Of a DNA stretch of 64,000 nt, positions 43,386 through 55,735 are shown one piece after another. Under the pieces are notes generated by a model. The model worked only from the letters and a program-made list of their open reading frames with translations, searched no databases and was not told the origin of the DNA. The DNA is from the human T2T-CHM13v2.0 reference genome, Homo sapiens, in assembly GCF_009914755.1 (NCBI RefSeq), contig NC_060926.1. One strand, written 5' to 3'. The position numbers and the translations under genes were made by a program. How positions within the stretch are numbered: position 1 is the stretch's first letter; the number at the start of each line of letters is the position of its first letter.

Positions 43386-45560
43386 GTGAGCAGAAGTGCC
43401 GAGACCTTCATTTTCTTTGACTCTATGGTCTGGGTTTAATTTAGATATTGCAACAGTCAACTGGAGAAATTTCATTTTAAGAAGTATAGGGGTTGACCGA
43501 TCTGAAAGGAAAGGTGTCTGATACAAAAAGAACCTCCCTTTCTGGAAATTTTTATTCTATTTTGAGAAGAAATTTGCTTCATGTTTTTACTATATCAGTG
43601 CCTATAATTCCATAACACACTACCACCTGTTTTGACCATAAAAATGCATATTTTCTCCATGTCTTTTTTTTTCCAAAGAAAGGTCATTTGGATATTGATG
43701 TTTAGAACTATCCAGTTCCCATAGTCTGTTCCTAATTTTAGTCAGGCTGTTGTATACCTTCTTAATTTTATTCTGCGCAATCCGTTTGGGTCCTGTAATT
43801 TGAGAAGTGAATGTCCTTCATTCTTTAAAAAGACACTGTCTTTTATTAGGCTATCAGCAAGCTGAAGAGTATGTTGCCCATCTGTTAAAGGGCCGGCTTC
43901 ATTTGCTGGAATAATGCTGGTTTGCAAGAGCTGAATTCTCCTGCTTGAGGAGCTTAATGTTCCATTTGGACAAGAGGTCCTTCACGTATCTTTGATGTTA
44001 ACTCTGGCACTTATCGCAAGTGGATGTGTAAATGTCTGATTTTCAAACATGTAATTGAATGTTCATATTTCTCCTGAAAATTCTTTGCCTTCACAACTAA
44101 ATGGAGCTTGGAGAAAGACTGAGATTATGACAAAACCAGCATATAATTCTAAGCGTTTGATTCTGACTTCATCGTGTATGTACTCAGATTTACACAACTT
44201 TTCACTTGCTTATTAGTTACATTAGTTCTTATAGTTTCTAAAGAGACCGTTCTTGTATTGATTTTATTACTTTAGTATGTGTACTAAGAAAATCATATCT
44301 ATTCATTGTGTTTTCTAGCACAGAGGAGTCTAAGAGTATCTACTGTTAGCCTTTGACCCCTATTTTGTAGTCTGTTCCCGTTGAGAAGGCTGACTTTTTC
44401 AATAGCAAGGAAAAAAAGCTATTTAGTCCTTTCTCATTTTTGAGAGGTTGATAAGCTGAGTTCTAAGGTCACTGGAGCAGTTAAAAGGAAATCAAGTGTT
44501 TTACATTGTTGTTGACTATTCACCTGACAGAGCTATCCTGAAGACATGAAAGATATTCTCCGTCATAACCTAAGATTCAGCAATCCTGTAATGTAAAATG
44601 TAATCCAGGCTGAGATTTTAATGCATATATTGGCAAAGGCATCTATGTGGGGAGCCTACATCATAGATCTTTGCTGCTCCCTTGACTTCTCTTACTGAGG
44701 TTACATCCCATGCCTCATCTTCAGGAAACTGAGCTGTTTTCTAGAATGCAGACTTTACATTTTTTTGTAGCTCATACTTACTTGGGACAGGGGAAAAAAA
44801 CTCTTAGTAGCTGGGGAACTGTGTGCCAGCTAGAAAATTGATAACCCATAAAATAAGGTGAGTTGTCTTTAAGCAAGGGTTCATTTCCTTTCTGGTTTTG
44901 CCTTTAGTAGGCAGGTGCCTGAGGGAGCCTTGTTCTTAAAAGCTGAGCTGTAAATTCACTTCAGCTGGCTGTATAGGCTTCGGATCCAATTTTCTTAAAA
45001 TATGTCTGGTCAAAATAGTGAAAGAACTATACTATTAGCCTCCACTTAGGCCACTTCCCACACATGAACACATAAAACACATCTGATAGGGGTTTCCTAG
45101 AGACAACATTGTCTCAATCATGTGCTAGAGGAAGAAGTTGAGGAGTTGATTTTATGGTTGGGTGCTATAGAATTAATGACCAAAGGCATTTCAACAGCTC
45201 AGGGGCTGAGAGCCACGGATGGTGGAGGTGGAGGCTGAACATCTGGCATTGCTCCCAACCCTGGAGTCCTGATCCTTAGCTCTCCATCATCTATGGGAAA
45301 CCAATTCACAACTCTTAAAGAACTCAGCGAGTGTATCACTCTTCATGATATGGCAATGAAAAAAAATAGAATAGAGTAAGAAATAGTGATAAAACCTATT
45401 ATACTTTTCTCCCAATATGTTTGAAATTTGTTTCTTTGACGTGATTCAAGCCATCCTGTTGCTTACTTGTCTCATCCTGTCATAGGTATCATAATAGATT
45501 TACATTAGCATATCTCATTTTCAAAATATTTAATGCACCTAAATAAAATATATACCATAA

Positions 45561-45716
45561 AGTACTGGAGCCAGCTTGTACCAGCTTATAGGAACCAATT
45601 GTTAAACTTTCAAGAATTTTGTAAGCTGGCTGATAAGCCATTGGCAGTTCGACATTGGCTATAGTGAGTATATTTATAGCACAGTTTCTCTGAAGACCTA
45701 GTTTACCAGCACACTG
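45561..45716. mobile_element. MER63-family hAT-Blackjack element
   Basis: ctggagccagcttgtaccagctt...ccaattgttaaactttcaagaattttgtaagctgg...tttaccagcacactg. Confidence 0.75.
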
Positions 45717-45815
45717 CTACAGGTCTGTGACAGCTATCTTTAGTGCATATCCAGGAGGCAATTATCCAAAGAGGCAGGAAAAAAAAAACCAAATTCAACC
45801 ACATGATTTCTTGTA

Positions 45816-46013
45816 GCTGAGTTTCTCAAAATGTGGTCCAGGGACCAACTACATCAGAATGAATCATTAGAAGACCTTGTTAAAAATGAAGATTCCTGAG
45901 CCCCATACCAGACTTACAGAATCAGAACCTTGGGAGTTGGAGCCCAGGAATCTGTGTTTCATACACAAGCCCAAGGTGATTCGTCAGCAGTCTCTAAAGT
46001 CTGAGAACCACTG
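45816..46013. mobile_element. MER5A hAT-Charlie MITE
   Basis: tttctcaaaatgtggtcc...gattcctgagcccca...cccaggaatctg...tgagaaccactg. Confidence 0.88.
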
Positions 46014-46396
46014 ACTTGGAGGAGCAGAATTTGGCTATAACATAAAACTATTCTTATTTAGTGAAAAATGATACACAGGATTTTTTTCTCAAAAGGACTG
46101 AGTGGCCCAGTCTACAAATATTTTCCTTGTTCTTCATGTACCTTCTCCGAAATATCTTTTCTTACTGGTACAATCTTTTGTAAACAAATTAGAAACCCTA
46201 GCCAGTGCTCACTCAAGGGAATATGGGTCACTTGCCCCCAGCACCCCTCATGCACACAAAACTTACAAAAGCAATATCAGTTCATTAAGAAAATTTTGGA
46301 AACATAAAAAGTATAAAAACTATTAAAACCATACATAACTCTACCATAATCCCATAACCACTACTAATATTTTATAATCTTTTTTTTATGCATATA

Positions 46397-46727
46397 CAGT
46401 TGGCTCCATATCCACGTCTTCCACATCTGTGGATTCAACCAACCGCAGATTGAAAATATTTAGAAAAGAAATTTCACAAAGTTCCCAAAAGTAAAATTTA
46501 AATTTGCTGTGCCAAGTACTACATTGAAGCTATGCAAATGAAGTGATGTGTAGGCACTGTAATAGGTATTATAAGTAATCTAGAGATGATTTAAAGTATA
46601 TGAGAGGATATACATAGGTTATATGCAAATATTACTCCATTTTATATCAGGGAGTCGATCATTCACAGATTTTGATATCCACAGAGTGTCCTAGAACTAA
46701 TCCCCCATGGATACCAAGTGACAACTC
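46397..46727. mobile_element. Tigger3-family non-autonomous TcMar element
   Basis: ta|cagttggctccatatcc...ggattcaaccaaccgcagattgaaaatatt...aagtaatctagagatgatttaaagtat...ggataccaagtgacaact; the termini are inverted. Confidence 0.88.
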
Positions 46728-46924
46728 TCTTTGAACACTTGATATCCAAAACCTGCATCTATAACATCTTGCTTTTTTCATAGCATTATATGTTGAACAT
46801 TTTTCCCATGTCATTAATGTTTTAAAATATGTCATGTTGATCACTGCCTAATATTCTATGAGATCAATATACGATAAACTATTTACCTTCCATTGTCAAA
46901 CATTTAGTCTGTTCCCATTTTTAT

Positions 46925-47071
46925 CCCTTTTTTCTTTCCTTTAAAAAAAAAATGGAGACAAGGTCTCGCGCTACGTTGTACAGACTGGTCTCTAATTCCT
47001 GAGCTCAAGTGATCCTCCTGCCTCAGCCTCCCAAGTGCTGGGTTTACAGGCAGGAGCCACCATGCCCAGAC
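46925..47071 (-). mobile_element. FLAM_C free left Alu monomer
   Basis: tcctgagctcaagtgatcctcctgcc; monomer length; TSD-like tgtt(c/g)ccatttt on both sides. Confidence 0.85.
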
Positions 47072-47442
47072 TGTTGCCATTTTTCACTGTTTCAAATAAT
47101 ACTTGGATGAATATCCAGGTACAAATGTCTTTATAAGTTACCTCCTAAATCATATAATCCTATTGAAGTTTTAATTTCCTTGTAATCATTTTACCCTAGG
47201 ATTGATCTAACCTCAATTCTAAATTTTAGGATTTTATATTCTCTCTCCCCATTCATCTAATTTTTTTGTGCTGATTTTCATATCTCATTTTAAGTTATCT
47301 ACATATCTAATTCCTGATCCGAAACCATTTTGCTGCTATATATGGATAGTTTATCTATAGCTACATGTACTGAAAAAGTCCAAAAAGCCATAAAAGATGA
47401 GTTGGGTTACTAGATTAGATTAGAGGAATGCAGAGTCTAGAA

Positions 47443-47670
47443 CAGTGGTTCTCAATGGGAGGGGGCAGTTTTACCACAAGGGCATTTGGCTATGTCTGGA
47501 GATATTTTTGATTGTCATAACTCGGGAAGAGGGGTGAGCAGTTACTGCCTTTTACTGGATAGAGGCTAGAAATGTAGCTAAAAATCTTACAATGCACAGG
47601 ACAGCTACCCTCCCCCACAACATGAATCATCCAACCCAAAATGTCAATAGTACAGAGTCTGAGAAACCCT
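47443..47670. mobile_element. MER20 hAT-Charlie MITE
   Basis: cagtggttctcaa...catttggctatgtctggagatattttt...caatgcacaggacagc...caaaatgtcaatagt...tgagaaaccct. Confidence 0.92.
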
Positions 47671-47959
47671 TTTATAATCTCCAGGCTTCACAAAGAGCAA
47701 GGTACTCTCCTAGACATCAGAATTGCATTGTGTCATATTTCCTGTGGATAATGCAGAGAAATCTAGATCAGATGATATAACCCTAGAAGGATTATTAGCT
47801 ATTTGAGAATGGTACCCAAACATTACTGATGAATATCCCATCAATCTAAGCTTGCAAGAATAATTTTTTTCGTTAAAATTTATTTTTAACCTTGGCCTGC
47901 TGAGCATCGGCGTTAGTGATGGTGACCCGTTGATCAGATTGTGGTTGCCACAAAACTTC

Positions 47960-48760
47960 AGGGGTTGACAATATGTCCGATGACAGAATCAGCAGGAACA
48001 ATGGACTGAATTAAACGTAAAGAAAGTTAATGGAAATAAATGTAAAGTCTTGCATTTAGGTCCAAAAATGAACTACACATACACAGGATGTGGAAGGTTT
48101 GATTTAATAACAAATATATGAAACATTTGCCTGATGGTTTTAGTTGAGCATAAGTTTAGCATGAGTCAACATGTGGATATGCCTGCCAAAAGCTTAATCT
48201 GGTCCTAAGCTACATTACTGGAAGTTCATGTACAAAATAAAGGAAGCAACAATAATTCTAATTTTACACTGCTTAGATCACACCTGGAATATCCCGTGCC
48301 TCTCTCTCACACAGAGCATGCGGGTACTAAATCCAAGTCTTATTAAAAATGTTGAAAGACCTGAGAATACACAGCTTACAGAATCAAGACTTTGTGGATT
48401 TCTCATGCTTGAAGAACTGTCACATAGAGATTAGATCGGTTTTGTAGCATCCATTTTATTCCGTTCTACTTTATCAGTTTATTTGCTTATTCATCCATTC
48501 ATTTATTTACTTTTTTGAAAACAAATTATTTGCTTTAATATTTATTTTCTTATTTATGTATTTGTCTCTTGAAGATACTAATGGAGCATTATTTTAAGAG
48601 AGGTAGTATTCAGCTTAATGGAAGGGAAAAGTCCTTAAAATTAGGGTGCAGTATGAGGCAGTGAGTTTGTTGACACTGAAACTGTTGAATAAGAAGCTAA
48701 TGAAATGATTACATTTAGAAAGCATTAGTTCATCACATAAATATTGGACTAGATCAGAGT
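47960..48760 (+). mobile_element. L3/CR1 LINE ORF2 3' part
   Basis: aaatgtaaagtcttgcatttaggtccaaaaa encodes KCKVLHLGPK and gttttagttgagcataagtttagcatgagtcaa encodes VLVEHKFSMSQ, both CR1 ORF2 motifs. Confidence 0.82.
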
Positions 48761-48872
48761 TGTATAAATTTCAGTCACTGATCTATTTCCTTTATTGTCT
48801 TAATTATATTTATACATAATCAAATAAATAAAATATTATAAAAATCATAGCCATGTAAGTTAGCTTATCTAA

Positions 48873-49226
<354 letters not shown>

Positions 49227-52200
49227 TTCTAGTGTACCTTAAATGCTACTTTGTCCTTAGATGATCTCTGGGGTTCTTTTCAGATATTCCAGTATGAGAA
49301 ATATCTAAATATCTTAAGTATGGAAGCATTTACTTTTACTTTTCTAGAGCAATAATTATTGAACTTGTCATGGCATTGGTTTATGGTAGTGCATACACCA
49401 TTGTTACCTGAGTGTATAAGCCCAAGTTTCTTGCTCAAGATTGTGTGGTAGGATTTTCTTAATCTCAAGTAAGAGATTTCTCAGCTTATGATGTGTCACC
49501 TCCTGTTACAAGTCAAACAGTCTATTGCAATGAAGCCCTGCATTAAATAAACTCATCATTTTGTTCATGCTTCAGTGAGATTAGCCATAATAAAAGATTA
49601 GTTCCAAAGGCCCATATTCATTGCTAGAGATATGAACCCAGTGTTATATTCAAAGATGATTTCTTCCAACATTTTTCAAACTAAATTAAATTAGCATTTT
49701 TCACACATTCAGATTATGTAAATTAGCATCTTGAGCTGAAAGCAAGAGATTGTCTTAATATGTCAGTAAGTATATATTGTTGTTATTCAATTCTAAGACC
49801 TAAGTTTGTAACCTTTTACAAAGTATGAAATTAATCAGAATCTTGGACCTGTAAAATACCAAACTAAATAGCTGTATTCTTAATACCATCTCAAAAATCC
49901 AGTGGAGATTGGTTAAAAGAAAAATATGTCCCCCTCCTCATCATTAATTTAGTATTACTATCCTGAGAAAAATATCTCCACTGACACCAAAGACTGTCTT
50001 CCATTGAAGTCCCATATTACTGACCCTGAAATAATACTTCAGTAAATGAAGTTTTCTCCTAAAATTGAAAAAAAAATTTTAATAACATGAGTTATATACT
50101 CCAAAATCTTCCATTACTCTTATACCATATCAGAGTTTATTTTGCAGGAAGCTCATTTGTTGTATTAATTAAACATTGCTTTCGTAGATCTTACTAGAAT
50201 CTTAGCAGGATACATGAGGAGATGGGAGAAAAAAAAGATCCAACCTCTTCAGCTTCAGCATTGAAAAGTATGAAAACATATGGCTCTTGTTTTCAACAAC
50301 TAGCCTGAACGGAATGTCTAAGTGAGAGTGAAGCTAAGATTTAGGAAAGTTAATCGGTTTCAGTGTCTGAATTCAAGGTTCTTAGTTTTCTTTCCTTTTG
50401 GGAAGCCTTCCAAGAACTGCAGACTTCTCCCTTGCCTTATCAGCTGAGCTGCTTGTGGCCTGTTCCCTTTAGTTTAAATCAATACATGTGTTTTTGATAT
50501 TTGGCAAACCAAGATTTAATTATGCAGCTGCAAGTTCCCCACATAAACGAAATGCATCTTAGAGATATAAAAACATTCAGAAACCATTTATAGTTTGAGA
50601 ATTCAAGTGGGTGAAAATCTATTCCCAACCTCTCAGCATTTTATTTAATTATGGAGGATTTTTATGTTACTGGAAATTGAAATGAAAACCAGAGTAAGGC
50701 TAGAGTTTATCCAACATTTGTTCATATTGAAAAATGAAGATGCTTATTAGAGTCGAAGAAGGAAAAGGAAAGTATTACATTCTGGAATTAATATTTTGGT
50801 TGTAATCTACACACATATAACGCTCCTAAATATATACAGCAACAAGTGAATTGATAGTATTTTGTCATTATTGTACACTCAAAAAAGGATGTATTAAAGA
50901 AACCAGAAGGTTGATTTCTTTAATTTGCCAAGCAATTCTCAATAATTAATTATTTACTGAACTTAATAACTTTGGCACTATTTAAACTGTTGAAAACACC
51001 CATGTTTTGGCATGATTACATACACATGATTAATTCAGCATGGTTTTACTCATCACTGAATATCCCTATCTTTTGCAGTAGAATTTTCTAGGTCCTGTGG
51101 TTTGGGTAAAATGTTGGAATGATTCCCAGTTTTAATAGTCCCAATTTATTATTACTAGTGAACCCTGATCAGATCATGGGCTGGATTAGATCCCAGTTTT
51201 TCAAAATGCCCCAATTTATGGCTCCCTTAAAATGCTGATAAAAATGTGTATTTGAATAAGGCTTTGGTTGGCTAAAAAAGATCCAGTTAATTACTTTTAG
51301 ATCCTTATTAGATCATCACTGCATGGAAGTTATGAAAAATCTTACTTGGTGGTGTTTCTCAGGACAAGGACATGTTCTCTTTTTATGCTGACAGAAAGAA
51401 GCTATCAGATTTCTGTTTTTCATAGTACTAACCAACTCAGTGAATGAAAAGAGATCTTTCTGTATCCCTGTGATTACTATTGATGCTCGTGTAAAGGTAA
51501 AAATATCCATCTTTCCTAGAATGAGAATTAAAAATATAGAGAGAGAAAGAACATAAACACAATGGCATAGTAGCCATACACCCACACTACTCTTTATTTG
51601 GGGGCCATTTTTCAAAATTTGCCTCTGATTTAGAGAAATTAGGGATTTAGACACAGCCCGGGGTGAAGGTAGCTTTAATATCTTTACATTTATTTGATCT
51701 CTGTAACACCTATCTTCTCAGAAATGCTTGCGGTCACCAACAAAACTTGGCACATTACTGTATTTCTATAGACCAGAGATGGAAACACCTACATCCTAAT
51801 GCCATGCCAGCATTTTTTATGAGCCAAAATCCTTTTATGGGACTTGAATCAATGTTAGAAGTGCTGTATTAGCAACTGCTTGTCAGCCGAGCTGGATTAA
51901 TACATAAAATGAATCACTTGACTGGCATGCTTTCCAACAGTCATTTAGGCAAACTTCTATGAAGTACACCAGCTCTCTACAAATTGTTTTAAATAATTTT
52001 AAATATTTTTAAAGAATTCATGTACCCTGGAGTGATGTATTACTTTATCGTATGTAGTTGCAGGGCTGTTGGAATACATTCTGAAAAGGAATTATACTGA
52101 ATTACCTAGAACGATTCCACAGAACTGTTTAGAGTATCTGACCTGATAAAAATGTGGAAAGAAATTTTAAATTTCGCTGATCCAGGATATTTGGTTGTAA

Positions 52201-52308
52201 TATAAACGTATTAAATACAGAAATAGATATTCAATGTAATCCATAATTTTTTTGTAATTCACTGGATTTTATGCCAATCAGAGATACCAGAGCTGTACCT
52301 CGGAGATA

Positions 52309-52527
52309 CAGGTTGAATATCCCTTATCCAAAATGCTTGGAACCAGAAGTGTTTCAGACTTTGATTTTTCTTTTATTTTGGCATATTTGCATTATGTTTA
52401 CCAGTTGAGCATTCCAAATCTGAAAATCTAAAATCAGGAATGTTCCAATGAGCATTTCCTTTGAGTGTCATGTCAGCCCTCAAAAAGTTTCAGATTTTGG
52501 ATTTTCAGATTTGGGATGCTCAACCTA
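52309..52527. mobile_element. Tigger4a (MER46A-type) TcMar MITE
   Basis: TIRs caggttgaatatccc / gggatgctcaacct, flanked by TA. Confidence 0.92.
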
Positions 52528-53272
52528 TACAGATAAATTTACTTTAATGGGGATTAAATACAGCAGTGGCAGAATTTGAGAAGAGCATTTTCTGTGAAAG
52601 CTTTGGGGGACTGTAAGTAGGTAGAAGGCTGTTTGGTGACTAGAATTTAGGAATGAGAGCTTCTGTTTTATTATTCATTTTCGTGGCATTGGATAAGCCA
52701 CTTTTGAGGATGTATTCTTATAGTTTCTATTTTTAGTACCATGAAATAAAATGGTAATAATAATACTTAAAGGCCCCAGTTTCCTACATTTTGTTTGGAT
52801 AAAATGCTTTTTAACTTCTAAGATCTTTAGAAGAAAAAATTTGCGTAAATAAAAGTTTAGTGAACCCAGAATATTTTCTGTAGGCCGGTTTGGGGCTGGA
52901 TAATATACTAGTAATCTTAATTTGCTGAAACTGGTCTCTGAAAACTGTGGATATATCAAACTTCTGTAAATCAAATATTTTAAAAGAATTTGTAAGTCTC
53001 TCATCTTCTTTCCTTATTTGAACATTTGTTATATCCTGCTTTGGGAAGCTTTCATGACAGGCCAAGTTTAGTTAATGTTCACATAGGTTGGCAAACTCTA
53101 TATGATTTGAAAGGATGCTCAATCTATTGTCTTCTGGAATCTTCTCCCCCGTCACCACCCGGCCTCCACCCGCCCCATACCCTTCACATAGAAATACTAA
53201 CCTAGGCCTGTGATTTACAAACTCCAAACTTTGAATATGCTTTTTCTGCATTTCCTGGACAGCTTTTTACAT

Positions 53273-53486
53273 CAGTGGTTCTCAACTTTGGGTGATTCTG
53301 ACCCCAGTGGGTATTTGACAATGTCTGAGAACATTTTTAGTTACCATACTATGGGGGAAGTGCTACTGGAATCTAGTAGGTAGAACTCAAGCATCTTTCT
53401 CAGCGTCCTATACTGCATAGGACAGCCCCCTGCAACAAAGAATTATCTGACTCATGACATGACTTGTGCCAAGGTTGAGAAACCAT
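53273..53486. mobile_element. MER20
   Basis: cagtggttctcaac...tttgacaatgtctg...gtgctactggaatctagtaggtaga...gccaaggttgagaaacc. Confidence 0.92.
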
Positions 53487-53519
53487 ATTTTAGATAGATA
53501 GATAGATATAATAGAAATA

Positions 53520-53622
53520 TACTACAGATATTTTAGTAAGTCTGTAGTTGAACCTAAGGATATGTATTTTGAAATTATTTCTCAAGTGATTGTCATTTAT
53601 AGCCATGTTTGGGACCAACTAA
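53520..53622. mobile_element. MER5-like fragment, probably interrupted by the MER20
   Basis: agtaagtctg...cctaaggatatgtatttt...caagtgattgt...gtttgggaccaact. Confidence 0.45.
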
Positions 53623-54769
53623 TGTAGGTGATGGCCCCAGAGAGATGCATGGCCAAATGGAAAGATTACAAGGCCCAGGAGTGGGTTAAAGATGACTCTG
53701 CATGAACAAACTTATCTGCTTCAAGTCTCATGTGTTAAATGAGAAACCTGTCTTTCAGATTGTTGTGAAAATTAAAAGCAATATTTACGAAGCACGCACT
53801 GGTTCAGTCTAGGTGCTGACTGTTATTTTCTGACCTGCTTTGGGAATTAAAACCCCAGATAACCCATACAGTAGCCTTTGGGAGCCTAGAATGCTCTGAG
53901 ACACACCATCTGTGAAAGTTGCTGAATTGGATCCTGTTATGATGAAGGAGGCCAAGTTGAGCGGAGACTTTGCCCAGCTGGGAGTCATGCCAGATACTTC
54001 CATTCAAGAAGCTTCTCCTCATTTTTTATTGATCGCCGGTTGGAAGTTGCTCCTCAAGCATAGTGAGCTTGGCATGAGATGGCAGCACAGTAGTGTGGGG
54101 GGTGCTGGCTGCAGCCAGTTCTTGGCAGCCCTGGAAACACATTCAGGGAGAAGGGACACAAATGGTGTGGGTGACTGCCAGCCTCTCCAAGTCCACAGGG
54201 CGTGTGACTGCAGAAAACACTTGTAACCACTGTCATTAAATTCACAAAATTCTCATATTTGCATTTCCATTCTATATATTACATTAAGGGGGTGGCAACT
54301 CCGATCTGCTAATATTTGGAATCCAGTCTTTGGAGGAAATGGGATGAAAATGTCCTTTTCTTCCCATTCCACTCTTTCCCAGCTACCTGCCTTTGCCCTG
54401 GAGTATAATTACTTAATGACCTTACAGTGCATCTGAAGGAAATTCAGATTGCTGTCCCAAGGAATCTGACCCCTTTCCCAGGCACAAACTCCTGCCTTTT
54501 TCTGGTTTGTGTCCTTTGTTAGCATCTCATATTGAGAGTTAGAGAGGCTGAAGTGGTTTGGGCTGTGCACAGAAGTGGCACAGAAGCCTGCTTCTCCAAG
54601 AGGTCGTGGAAAAGCCCCCTCAACCATATTAAACAACAGTAACAACAATGGGCTGTTTAGATGGAAGATATAAGTATTCATGTTCTTGGAGAAACTTACA
54701 TAGATAATTTCTGAAGTTATGATTTCTTGAAGCAGAGATTATTAAATTATGACAGGTTGGAGATGAATG

Positions 54770-55735
54770 AATCAGTGATAATTGCTTTGATCAAAGTCAT
54801 TCCTCTCTCTCAAACTTTCAGTGGCTCTCTATTGCCTACTGCATACAGTGCAAACTCTTTGTCCTAACACATCTGACTTTAACCTTTCTAATCATAATTT
54901 CCACCCCTGACCAATATGACCCCTATACTCAGCCAATCTGGAATGTTCATACTTTTTGAGATTAACACTTTCCAATCACTGTGCCATTTCTAGTACCATT
55001 TCTGCTGTCTGGAATGCTCTTCTGTCTGAGTTGGTCCGAATGAATGGAAATTCAATGAAACCTCGCTTTCTCCATTATACCTTCTCAAACTACCTAAGTT
55101 GGAAGAGAATTCTTCCATTACCTATCCTGGGTCAAGTTGCTTGATTGTGGTAATTTTCAGTTTCTTTACCTACAAAATGGGTATATAACATCATAGGAAT
55201 GTTGTGAGAATTAAATAAGACTCTGAAGTGAAGCATTCAGAATAGTGCCAGGCACAGAGACAGCCAATAAATGGTGAACTTACTATTTTTCTTCGTCTTT
55301 CTTTGAAAGAGAATGAACATGAGTATCAAACTGTTGGGTTTGAAGCCTAGCTGTTCCCTGTACTAGCTGTGTGATGGTGCATGTTCTGAGAAAACTTTCT
55401 GATCTTGATCATTTGAAGAAGAAAAAAAGGATAAAAATATCTAGCCTTCAGAGTTCCTATAAAATTTACATAACATGAAATACTTAAAGTACCTAGAACT
55501 GTGCTTGGCACATAATAGATACACATTGTCATTATTATTGTTGTTATTTTTCTGCATGGAATCGTAGATGTTTGTATTTACAAACATGCCTTCTCTCCCT
55601 TACTACCTCACCATTTCCTTGGGGTGAGGATGATATTGTAATCATTTTTCTGTTTCTCTCAGGATCTAATACATTATGTTTCACAGAATAGGCACTCAAT
55701 AAGTAGTTGCTGAATAATGGATGAATGAATGAACA
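54770..55735 (+). mobile_element. L2 3' region with two nested MIR fragments (~55140-55290 and ~55330-55545)
   Basis: L2: ttcagtggctctctattgcct, tctgctgtctggaatgctct, taggcactcaataagtagttgctgaat...gaatgaatgaa. MIR: gttgtgagaattaaataaga...agtgccaggcacag and tagaactgtgcttggcacataatag. Confidence 0.75.

Larger units (their letters stand above)
46270..47150 (-). mobile_element. Old L1ME-like fragment hosting Tigger3 and FLAM insertions
   Basis: cttgcttttttcatagcatt...catttttcccatgtcatt...catttagtctgtt...aataatacttggatgaatatcc. Confidence 0.55.

Noticed and set aside
43245-43526. 93-aa minus-strand ORF over the exon
   Set aside because: Antisense shadow of the purine-rich exon; the splice sites support only the + strand.
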